NCBI GenBank assembly: GCA_951406725.2
Contig: OX597824.1
Span: 53,196,001-53,260,000, forward strand
Source: Octopus vulgaris
Taxonomy: Eukaryota
Direction: 5' to 3'
Length of the DNA: 64,000 nucleotides
Part shown: positions 39,340 to 49,157 of the stretch, piece by piece
How positions within the stretch are numbered: position 1 is the stretch's first letter
Layout of the letters: every line of letters begins with the position of its first letter
The notes under the pieces: generated by a model
Told to the model about the DNA's origin: nothing
Databases searched by the model: none
The model's input: the letters and a program-made list of their open reading frames with translations, nothing else
Program-made: the position numbers and the translations under genes

Positions 39340-42300
39340 TTAAGCTGGGTTTCTGACACCCACCTTTTTTGCCACTTCCTTCCATCTTTTTTCATACACA
39401 CCTCGTGGAAAGATCTTCTTTTCCAGCCCCATTTTGCTCTTCAGATGATATCTGAAGTAAGTGAGCAAGCCGGGGCCTGAGACAAAGGATCCTATTGCGA
39501 CTCCTTCCATTCTTGTACGCCACATGCATTCTTTTACTACTGCAACCGTGCAGTGAAAACATGCCTCACCTTCCTTCGAGAGTCCAGTTGGCGGTATCAT
39601 CTTAATCATAGACTCAGCCGACAGCTGTACTCGTCCCAGATGCGATAACACGTGTTCTGCGTAACTTATCAAGTCTGAAAACTTCCGACAGTGTACAAAA
39701 GCGTGCTGGACGGTTTCATCGTCCAACCCGCATCTTGGACACGTCGGTGGTACTGAAATTCCGTGCCGCGATAACTTCTCGCGAACAGGTAAAGCATTCC
39801 TATAACACTGCCAGGCCAGGGATCTTTGGAAGTTATCCAAATACCCCGTCCTGAAAGTCTTTTTAAACAGGTTGGTAAGCTGGTCTTCGTCAAACCTCAG
39901 AGCCCCTCCTAGGACGTCGTCGTTCTTTGCCTCTACCAGCCTGCTATAAAATACCGAGGTGGTATTTCCGCAGCCGGCCTTGCCCGCCTTGTGGATCAGC
40001 GTGAGTGCCTGTCGGCACTCCTTTTGCCATAAAGTCAGATTCCGTCTTTTGATGTGACCGGGTTTAAAATTCACTAAGGAAGCCGGTCTCGGGAAAAATT
40101 CCCCTGCCAGCGGACTCCACACCTTATCACCCTCCAGGTGGTGCCAGAGATGCTTCAGCCTCAACGCATGCCTGCGCATCATCAACCAAGGCATTCCTAA
40201 CCCACCCTTTAACGGTTCCTGGCAGCAAACGGAGCGCCTCACAAGTGGCTTTCCTCCCTTCCACAAAAAGCGGAAAAGGATTCGTTCCAACTTGCTAAGC
40301 CATGAATCGGGGCAAGGGACAGCGATCAGGCGGTAAGTGATTACAGATGCAATGAACATCTGTGCCACCTCCGCCCTTCCTTTCAAGGACAGAGACCTTC
40401 CGGAGCAGGTCCGTACTATGGCCTCCACCTTGTCCGTCACCTCACTCCAATTCCTCTCCGTTTGGGAGTCTGACCCAAACCAAACTCCTAGCAACTTAAC
40501 AGGACCATCCGTCCAGTGTCCCACGACACTGGACGATATCGACTTGCTCCTCCAGGTGCCGAGGCGCAAGCCAACCGACTTGTCCTTGTTAACCCTTGCT
40601 CCTGTCACCGCCTCGTATCCTCTGATAGCATCTTCTACACAAGGTAGCTGGGCCTCATTGGACACGATGAGGGTGACATCATCCGCATAAGCAGTAACCG
40701 TCCTCCCACCTCCGATCTCATCCGGGTTACTTCCCAGCCTCTCCAACTTTCGCAGCAATGGCTCGAGAGCCAACACGTACAAAAGTGGTGACAAGGGGCA
40801 CCCTTGACGAACTGAACATTCGATCGAAAACGGTTCCGTTAGGTAACCGTTTATCTGGACGGTGGACTTGATGCCGCTATACATAGCGGAGATCCACCCG
40901 CGAAATTCAGGGCCCAGTCCAGCCGCTTCGAGGACCGTCGCCAGATACTTATGGTCTACCCTATCGAACGCTTTACTTTGGTCTAAATGGACCATTACCC
41001 CGCCCTTGCCGGTTAATTTACCCACCCTATCTAAGGTATAGCGTATAAGGTGAAGATTGTCCTGGATCGACCTGCCTGGAATTGCACATGTCTGTGCTTT
41101 CCCTACAAGTTTCTCCACGACAATCGTCAACCTTTTTGCCAACACCTTGGCCAAAATCTTTAACTCTACATTAAGTAGAGTTATGGGCCTGTAATTACTA
41201 ATGTTATCCCCCTTGCTCGGGTCTTTCTGGATTAGCGTCACCACTCCCCGGCTTACAGAACTGGGAATTCTCCCATTCTGCTGCCAGTTCGCGTAGACGC
41301 CTGCCAATATTCCCCCGAACAAGTCCGGCATACTTTGGTAAAACTCGTAGGGCAGACCATCCAACCCCGGCGACTTCTCCCCGGCGCATCCGGCCAGTAT
41401 CCCCTCTATCTCCGCGGGAGTGATCGCTTCTTCACAGCACTCCACCTCACGCCCCGAGAGCCGCGGTCCGCCGGCTAGGAAGTCCTTTAAGGCCCTCCCC
41501 CGCTCCTGCGTCACACCACCCCCAAACGCGCGGGCGAAATGCTGGTGAAGAAACTTTTGCATCTCCTCCTGTCCATAGATCTTTTGTCCCTGTTCGTCAG
41601 TTAAAGACTTGATTGAAGCTTTGTTACCTCTCTGACTCTCCATTCGACGGGCCCATCCGGCAACGTTAATACCTTCTCGTTTCCCAGCGCGTAGCTTAGC
41701 TCTAACTCTGCAACCTTCGTGTTTGGAGTTAAGGTGACGGTACAATACCGTCCTTGCCTCCATCACTCCGGATACAGAGCCAGCTTCCATTGCCTCGTTT
41801 AGATTCTTAACTAAATCGTCCTCTATCCTAGACCTATCTAACCTTAGCTGATTGCTAAATCTAATGGACTCTGAACGAATGGCTCTTTTGAGGGAGTGCC
41901 ACCATCTATTGTTAATGATGGTGCCACACAATGCCCTCTGTACTAACACCTTAATCCGGGTACGGAAGTCTTCACAATTCAAAATAGACTTGTTCAGCTT
42001 CCAGTACCCGGGTCCCTGTCTATGGCACTTATCTAATTGCACCCTACAAGTCACAAATTTGTGATCCGTGTAAGGCACAATGTGAAACTGTGGACAACTA
42101 AACGTATCCTTATCTCTTTTCCTAACGAATATCCTATCTATATACGATCTGTGTGACCCGTCGTTGTTACTCCACGTCCACTGTGGAACGCTCGGCTCAT
42201 CCAGTCGATAACGGTCCACTAGATCAAAGCTCTCTAGTAGACCCTTGAGGCTAGGGTTCCCCTTCCTATTGGTTGAGCCAACACTGTCGACCCGCGCTTC

Positions 42301-42729
42301 AAGGACAGTGTTAAAGTCCCCTACTAAGACTACCGTTTTCGACATCGCTAAAAAGTGCTCCAGATTCCGAAAAAAACCCGCCTGTCTACACTCATTCGAA
42401 GCGTAGACAGCTACCAACCTGAAGGACTGTTTACTTACGTGGGTCACATCCAGAACGACCAGCCTGCCTTCTGGGTCCAGAAAGACAGTACTTACCTGCA
42501 AGTCCAAGCTCTTCCTGATAAGGACTGCCACGCCTCTTCCTCTTCCTCGGCTAGGAGAAATAAATTTCTCGAAACCATTTAGAAGAGGCGAGAACGCTTG
42601 GGCCCCGTTCATCTTGGACTCGGTTACAATAGCTACGTCCACTCCGTGTGTCGTGAGGTCGTTCAGGAAACAAATTTGTTTCCATTTCGACCCCATTCCA
42701 CGCACATTCACACAACCCAGCTTTGCCAT
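39340..42729 (-). CDS. Tx1 ORF2: APE endonuclease-reverse transcriptase-CCHC, uninterrupted
   Basis: Open 1144-codon frame (39340-42774; first Met aligned with copy 1 at 42729); NVRG/GDFN/YIDR/TDH and KAFD/QGCPLSP/YADD motifs. Confidence 0.92.
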   Translation of the reverse strand: MAKLGCVNVRGMGSKWKQICFLNDLTTHGVDVAIVTESKMNGAQAFSPLLNGFEKFISPSRGRGRGVAVLIRKSLDLQVSTVFLDPEGRLVVLDVTHVSKQSFRLVAVYASNECRQAGFFRNLEHFLAMSKTVVLVGDFNTVLEARVDSVGSTNRKGNPSLKGLLESFDLVDRYRLDEPSVPQWTWSNNDGSHRSYIDRIFVRKRDKDTFSCPQFHIVPYTDHKFVTCRVQLDKCHRQGPGYWKLNKSILNCEDFRTRIKVLVQRALCGTIINNRWWHSLKRAIRSESIRFSNQLRLDRSRIEDDLVKNLNEAMEAGSVSGVMEARTVLYRHLNSKHEGCRVRAKLRAGKREGINVAGWARRMESQRGNKASIKSLTDEQGQKIYGQEEMQKFLHQHFARAFGGGVTQERGRALKDFLAGGPRLSGREVECCEEAITPAEIEGILAGCAGEKSPGLDGLPYEFYQSMPDLFGGILAGVYANWQQNGRIPSSVSRGVVTLIQKDPSKGDNISNYRPITLLNVELKILAKVLAKRLTIVVEKLVGKAQTCAIPGRSIQDNLHLIRYTLDRVGKLTGKGGVMVHLDQSKAFDRVDHKYLATVLEAAGLGPEFRGWISAMYSGIKSTVQINGYLTEPFSIECSVRQGCPLSPLLYVLALEPLLRKLERLGSNPDEIGGGRTVTAYADDVTLIVSNEAQLPCVEDAIRGYEAVTGARVNKDKSVGLRLGTWRSKSISSSVVGHWTDGPVKLLGVWFGSDSQTERNWSEVTDKVEAIVRTCSGRSLSLKGRAEVAQMFIASVITYRLIAVPCPDSWLSKLERILFRFLWKGGKPLVRRSVCCQEPLKGGLGMPWLMMRRHALRLKHLWHHLEGDKVWSPLAGEFFPRPASLVNFKPGHIKRRNLTLWQKECRQALTLIHKAGKAGCGNTTSVFYSRLVEAKNDDVLGGALRFDEDQLTNLFKKTFRTGYLDNFQRSLAWQCYRNALPVREKLSRHGISVPPTCPRCGLDDETVQHAFVHCRKFSDLISYAEHVLSHLGRVQLSAESMIKMIPPTGLSKEGEACFHCTVAVVKECMWRTRMEGVAIGSFVSGPGLLTYFRYHLKSKMGLEKKIFPRGVYEKRWKEVAKKVGVRNPA

Positions 42730-42752
42730 TGTCGGAGAGAGAAAAAATAAAC

Positions 42753-44097
42753 TTACGGTTGGGACAGGGAGCATGACAGTTTAAATCTGCCTGCTTCCCC
42801 TTCTTCCTCCCTTGTGGTCATAGCTGCAGGGGTTATAATAAGTTTGCCCTCCAGTATTTCATTCGTTACATCTCTGATAAGATTATTCTTTAAATGTTCT
42901 TGTAGTGTTTTTTCCTTCCACTCGTCTTCCTTTATTTTTGCAAAGCGAGTGGTTGATTTTGTGTCTGTAGACTTACTGAATAGTTTAAATTTTGAAAATT
43001 TGAAATACTTGTACACCCTATTGTTCTTCTCGTCAAATGCTATAATCTTTTCATTTTTTTTTATCAATTTTTTCAAATCTTGTTTTATGGGGAGGGGTTT
43101 GGCGAACTGTGTTCCAATGAATAAAGTGCCGTGGGGGTAGGGCTGGGGAATTTGTTTTGTATGTATCTCTGCGGTGTTTGCTGATTTTTTCTTTGTTTGG
43201 GGAGGGGAGTCCAGGGTGTTATCTTTTTTCTTTTGTGTGTCACCTGTGTATATTCCATCTGTTCATTTTCATCTTCCGTTTCGGTTCCTTTCCTTGTCGC
43301 AGTCTTGGGTTCTTTTTCCGCCTTTTCTTTTTCAGTGTTTGAAGCACTTTGAGGAGGGGCTTCGTTGATTTTCTTTTTTTTTATGCAGTTTGAGCGGACG
43401 TGACCCTTTTCGCCACATTTGAAGCACCTAGGTCTGCGCCCCTCCACTGACACTCTCATTGAAGTTCCCTCCTCATTAAATACCCTATCGGGTAAGTTTT
43501 CTAGTATCTTATTTTCTGCTTGAACGAGGAGTTCTAGCGCTTGTCCTTTCCAGTGCACCTCCTCTTTCCTTCTCATCTGCAGAATTGAAACTACATCATA
43601 CCCTCTTGGTATATCCTCTACATGTAGTTTGGCTGTTCTTTTTCCCATATACGAAGGTAGCAACATGATATCCTCAGTTTTCAAGGTCATTGATGACACC
43701 TCTCTTGCCACATCAGCCGAGTCGAAATGTGCTTCAACGGTAGCGCTGCAAGCACCTCGAACAACGTGGCGAATTTTGTTCCACACCGGCGACAAGCACT
43801 TTTCTACTATCTCGTTCTTGACATCCATTATTTTTTTTCTTTGTTGCTATAAACTTTGTATACAACTGTCTTTGCCTGTATTTCCTGTACCTTCGCTTGC
43901 GGCGGTACCAGTTTAATTTCATTGCCTTCCGTTTTTACCAAGTTCCGGTATTCGAATAACTGTTCAATCTTGAATTCTACATCCGTTACGGTTCCGCCCA
44001 CTGCGGCCGAAAAAGACTGTTTTTTGACTTCGGTATCCTTTTGTTCACCTTTTCCCATCACGGGAAAGTCACTCCTCGACGCCAAGTCGAACTCCAT
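42753..44097 (-). pseudogene. Tx1 ORF1 (zinc knuckle), frameshifted
   Basis: RPRCFKCGEKGHVRSNC; split into ORFs 43828-44097, 43085-43828 and 42753-43076, with at least one shift at a homopolymer run. Confidence 0.85.
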
Positions 44098-44324
44098 TTC
44101 TCAAATTATGAGAGCAAATGTTTCAAAAAAATTACCTCGAAGGTAATGACAATGTTTAAACACAGAATTTTCAGCCCCGTAGGGCGAAAATTACTGTTAC
44201 ACAACGGACAACTGTTCAATTCACGAGTAACACAAACAACGACGAACAAAAAATACGAACTCACTCAACAAAAAGGCAGCAAAATTCTCAAAACGCAGAT
44301 GAAAGAGGGGTCCCTAGACGAATA

Positions 44325-44753
44325 ACAATCATGGTTGTCGACGAGAATTCAGATTCCTTCACAAATACATATACTTTTTCCAGTGTCGATATGACACTGA
44401 TATTGAAAAAGTGAAATCAAGCAATGATAAATCTCAGAGCGAGTTATAAACAGTAGCGGTAACACAACGTGATGCATATATGCCATTTGAATATGGCTAA
44501 CCCAAAAGGGTGGATGCTACTGTAGTTTGTAGCCCCAGGAGGACACCTCCTCCCGCTGGCTATAGACACACTATCTGTGTCCTGTGTGTATCATGTGTTG
44601 AAGACGGGGAGGATGACGCCCCTTCACAAATACTGACAGGACACAGATAGTGTGTCTATAGCCAGCGGGAGGAGGTGTCCTCCTGGGGCTACAAACTACA
44701 GTAGCATCCACCCTTTTGGGTTAGCCATATTCAAATGGCATATATGCATCACG

Positions 44754-44754
<1 letters not shown>
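44325..44754 (-). mobile_element. Retrozyme-like repeat copy 2, upstream part with partial tandem copy and 171-bp inverted arm
   Basis: 44422-44585 = 38807-38970; 44584-44754 = reverse complement of 38852-39022; (TA)n flank. Confidence 0.85.
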
Positions 44755-44785
<31 letters not shown>

Positions 44786-45149
44786 CCGAAATGTACAGTA
44801 TTATATATCCATCACGACTGATCTTACCAATCAATTTCCCGAATACAATGGAGTGTTAGGTAACAAACCGATTATATAACCTTATATTCATCAGAGTTAG
44901 CCGATATGGAAAGGAATATAGAGACTGTTCTCTATTGTCGGAAGTGAATCGACAAATCCGCTTTGCGGTTGCTGTGAAAAAGATGGTGAAACGAAAAAGA
45001 GTAGAGGATTAGGTTAGGAATCACGTCCCTTGATTGGATACGCCGTAAAACCGATAAAAGTTATTTTGAAGTGTTTGTGGGAAAACACTTCAAGATAACT
45101 CTTACCAGATTTACAACGAACCCAATCAAGGGACATAACTTCTAACTAC

Positions 45150-45223
45150 AGGCATATGGCCTAGTGGTTAAGAGCGCGGGCTACTAGCCCCAGGATTCCG
45201 ACTTCGATTCCGGGCAGTGGCCG

Positions 45224-45225
<2 letters not shown>
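45150..45225 (+). mobile_element. tRNA-like SINE head followed by (AAT)n
   Basis: tggcctagtggttaagagcgcgggc (A box) ... cttcgattccggg (B box). Confidence 0.5.
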
Positions 45226-45280
<55 letters not shown>

Positions 45281-45281
<1 letters not shown>

Positions 45282-48200
45282 TCCTATAACATTCCTTCCT
45301 GATTTTCTCTTTCATGCTTGCATGCTGAATACCAGAGCCTTCATTTATCCCTAAATATTTGTATGTTTGTTCTTGCTCAAGCTCTCTTATGACTGTGTCA
45401 ACATCTAACACGACTGAATTTGTGGTCTTCACTTTCCCTTTCTGGAAAGTGGCCTTGGCACACTTCTCAAGTCCAAACTCCATCCCGATGTCATCGCTGA
45501 ATGCTTTCACGGTGCGTAATTGGCCTTCAAGTTCATTATTGTCTTTACCATAAAGTTTTAAGTCATCCATATAAAATAGATGGCTTATTTTTTTATTGGC
45601 AATTTTATACCCATACCCTGTTCTGTTTAATTCACTTGTAAGGGGTATTAGGGCTATGCAGAATATTAAAGGTGAAAGTGAGTCACCTTGAAAAATTCCA
45701 CAGTTGATGTTTATATTTTCTGAGGCAAGTACTCCATTAGAGTGGTATAATTGGAGATTCGTATTCCACAACGACATATTGTGCTTCAGGAAGTTTGAAA
45801 TCACAGGGGAAATTTTGAAGATGTCCAGCGATCTCAAGATCCATGGATGCGGTATACTGTCGAAGGCCTTTTTATAGTCAATCCATGCGGTGCTGAGATT
45901 TCTGCGCTTGTTGTGACAGTTCTCAAGGATCATACGATTGATTAGCAGTTGATCTTTGCATCCGTAAGAGCCTCGGCGGCACCCTTTTTGTTCAATGGGG
46001 AAAATATCGTTCTTCTCCATGAATGCATATGTTTTCTCCGCCAGGATAGATGTTAGGATTTTATACGTGGTGGATAGACAGGTTATAGGCCGATAGTTTT
46101 TTGGAAGGTTGGTTTCGTTATTCTTTGGGAGTAGGTAAGTAATGCCACTTGCTAACCATTCAGGTGTTTTCTTTGGGTCTCTCATAATTCCATTGAGCAG
46201 CTGAACTAGCTTACCGTGTGCGCACGGGAGCGATGCGAGCCAGAAATTCGGCACCCTATCTTTACCGGGGGATTACCAATTATGGGCCTTCGTGAGTGCC
46301 TTTCTTAGGTCTGCTATTGTGATGTCTTCCCATGCTTGTAAATTTTGGTAGGATCCTTCAGTTTGTATAATCCAGTCTGCATTTATGTTGTACGTCTTCT
46401 TGTCACTCCAAATCCTTTTCAAAAAGTTTTGAACTTCTTCCATGGGAGGGGGGTCTTTAACGGTTACTTTCTCCTTCCCTATTTCTCTGTAGAATTTTTT
46501 GGCATTGGATGTGAACAGCTTATTTTGCTTGTAAAACTTGTTTCGCTTCTCAAATCTTCGTATTCTTTGGGCTTTTGCTTGGACTTTTTGTTTCAGCGTT
46601 TCTTTTATTGATATCAGTTCTTCTCTTGGTGAGGATCCAAATTTTCTCTTCATCTTTCTTCCTGTTCTGGATCTTACATCATTTCCACATATTAGTTCAT
46701 TTAATATTGATATTTCCCCTCTCATAAATTCAATCTCTGTTTCAATTTTACTTCTCCAGGTTTGATTTCTTCCCAGGTTTTGTTTTCTTTGTTTTTTCGG
46801 GGGCATACAGCTGGTTTCAATTGCCCTAGCAGAAGCGTAAATAATTTCATTTAACTCAGTAAAATCAGGTTTTAATTCTCGTATTATTTCATTTGTTACA
46901 TAGTTGCCAATTTGGATTTGTTTTTTATTTTGGTTTGTATTTGAGAGTTTATGAAGCGGTTCTCTATCATTCATACTTGTATGTCTTACAACTTCAAGCG
47001 TATTCAGGATTTTCTGCCTCATTTCTGCCATAGACTCTCTGTGTTCTTCAGCAAATGCGAGATCTTCAGTTACTGTTGTTTTTTCGTTTTCCTGGCTATC
47101 TTTAACTGGTACAATAGAATTTCTTGTATCTTCAGGCCTTTGCGTACTTTGGTCAGATGGCAGTCTTTCAATTAAGCCTCGTGGCGGGCTATACTGTTCA
47201 TCTGATTCTTCATTTCCTTTGTGTCTTATATTTATGTCATTTTCTGTTGCGTGCTTGATCGCGCTTATTTCACTGTCTGTGAGTCTGTTATTTCTAAAGG
47301 AAGGAATGTTATAGGAGAGTTCGTGCAGTCCTGAAATCTGAACTAAATGCACGTAACAAGGTGTTAGCTATAAATTCCTTAGCAGTTCCAGTTGTTACTT
47401 ATAGCTACAATGTGTTGAACTGGAATATGAGTGAAGTAAAGAATATAGATAGAAAAATACGCAAGCTGCTGGGTTGTAATAGGATGCACCACCCAAAGGC
47501 AGACGTAGATCGCCTTTACCTTCCCAGAGCCCAAGGAGGTCGAGGCCTGATCCAATTTGAACTAGCTTACAAAACAACCACAATTGGACTGGCCAAATAT
47601 CTCGAAATATCGAATGACTGGATGCTAAAGCTCGTGGAAAATCACGAGAGACGAAAGAAGCTTCATTCTATCATCAAGGAAAGCAAAAAATTTGCTATTG
47701 ATCTCGTGCAGGATACCCAAACTGAACAACCCGAGGGAAGTACGGCAACTATTGTTGCAAAGAAGGTGAAAATGATGGCAATGAAAAAAGCGCACGAGCA
47801 ATTGGCTGATAGGTGGGAAGAGAAACCTCTGCACGGCAAATATGTGACCCGCAGCAAACAAGCTGATGTTGACCAGAAGCAAACCCATCAGTGGCTGCGG
47901 AGCTCAGGGCTAAAAGCAGAGAGCGAAGGTTTCATCCTGGCTGCTCAAGACCAAAGCCTATTAACCCGGAACTACCAGGCCAATGTGATGAACAATGGAG
48001 CAGACCCAAAATGCCGATTCTGCAACGACATGATTGAAACAGTGGACCACCTAATCTCTGGATGTAAAGTATTAGCACCAGTGGAGTATAAATTAAGACA
48101 TGACAGAGTTGGCCAATATCTCCACTGGCTAATAAGTCGGCATTACAATATCAAAACTGCCGACAAGTGGTATAATCACCACCCTGAGGCTGTAACTGAA

Positions 48201-48756
48201 GGAGAAAATGTAACCATTCTGTGGGACTTTCCAGTACATACAGACCGAACCACCAAGGCCAATAAACCAGATATTGTTGTGAAAGACCAAAACAATAAAG
48301 TTTGCTTATTGATCGGCATGAGCATCCCCTGTGATCATAATATCTCAGCGAAAGAGTTTGACAAGCTCAGAAAATATAAAGACCTACTCATTGAAATTGA
48401 GAAAATGTGGCATCTCAAGGCGGTTACAATACCAGTGATCGTAGGAGCACTAGGAATGATCAAGAAGGGAGCCGAAAATTATATGAGAATGATCCCTGGC
48501 TTACCATCCCTGCAAGAAGTGCAAACAATTGTCTTAACTGGTACATCACACGTATTGAGAAGAGCATTGTCGATGTGAGAACTGTTGCTGCTCATGTATT
48601 TTAATTTAACTTTAAAAAAAAAAAATTAAAAAAAAATGAACGAACTACTGAGTTTGGCTTAATGGCCTACCAATATACACTATGAGTTTCTTTGCCCTAG
48701 GAGTCGGGAAGACACTCGGCAAGAAATGGAAGAAAATTTGAAAGAAGAAAAAAAAA

Positions 48757-48757
<1 letters not shown>
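45281..48757 (+). mobile_element. R4/Dong-clade RLE non-LTR retrotransposon with 5' inversion, inserted in (AAT)n
   Basis: Minus 45281-47297 encodes N-terminal part and RT (YRPITCL, DYKKAFDS, GIFQGDSLSP, FYMDDLK); plus 47298-48578 encodes thumb, CRFC..HLISGC, KPDIVV (RLE); (AAT)n on both sides. Confidence 0.9.
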
Positions 48758-48814
<57 letters not shown>

Positions 48815-48839
48815 TAATAATAATAATAATAATAATAAT

Positions 48840-49115
48840 AGGAATGATAAAAATAGGTACTGAAACCTATTTGAAAATGATTCCAGGCTTCCCTACAGGA
48901 AGTGCAAAAAATCGTATTAACTGGAACGGCTCATGTACTGAGAAGAGCATTATCGCTGTGAAAACAACATCCATCCATGAATTTATTTATTTATTAATTT
49001 TTAGATGCATATTTTATCTGTGAATTTGCGTGAGTAATCTGAGCTTCTCTGCCCTAGGTGTATGGAATACACTCGGTGAGAAGCGGAAGAAAATTTGAAG
49101 AAAGAAGGAAAACAC

Positions 49116-49116
<1 letters not shown>
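48840..49116 (+). mobile_element. 3'-terminal fragment of a related Dong-like element between (AAT)n tracts
   Basis: GMIKIGTETYLKMIPG..QEVQKIVLTGTAHVLRRALS; 3' UTR tgccctagg..acactcgg..ggaagaaaatttgaa shared with 48690-48745. Confidence 0.8.

Positions 49117-49157
<41 letters not shown>

Larger units (their letters stand above)
39083..44324 (-). mobile_element. Full-length Tx1/L1-clade non-LTR retrotransposon, copy 2 (5242 bp), 20-bp TSD
   Basis: TSD acaatcatggttgtcgacga at 39063-39082 and 44325-44344; ORF1 knuckle and intact ORF2. Confidence 0.93.

Noticed and set aside
45150-45225. tRNA gene
   Set aside because: Acceptor and T stems do not close properly and it is followed by (AAT)n; better explained as a SINE head
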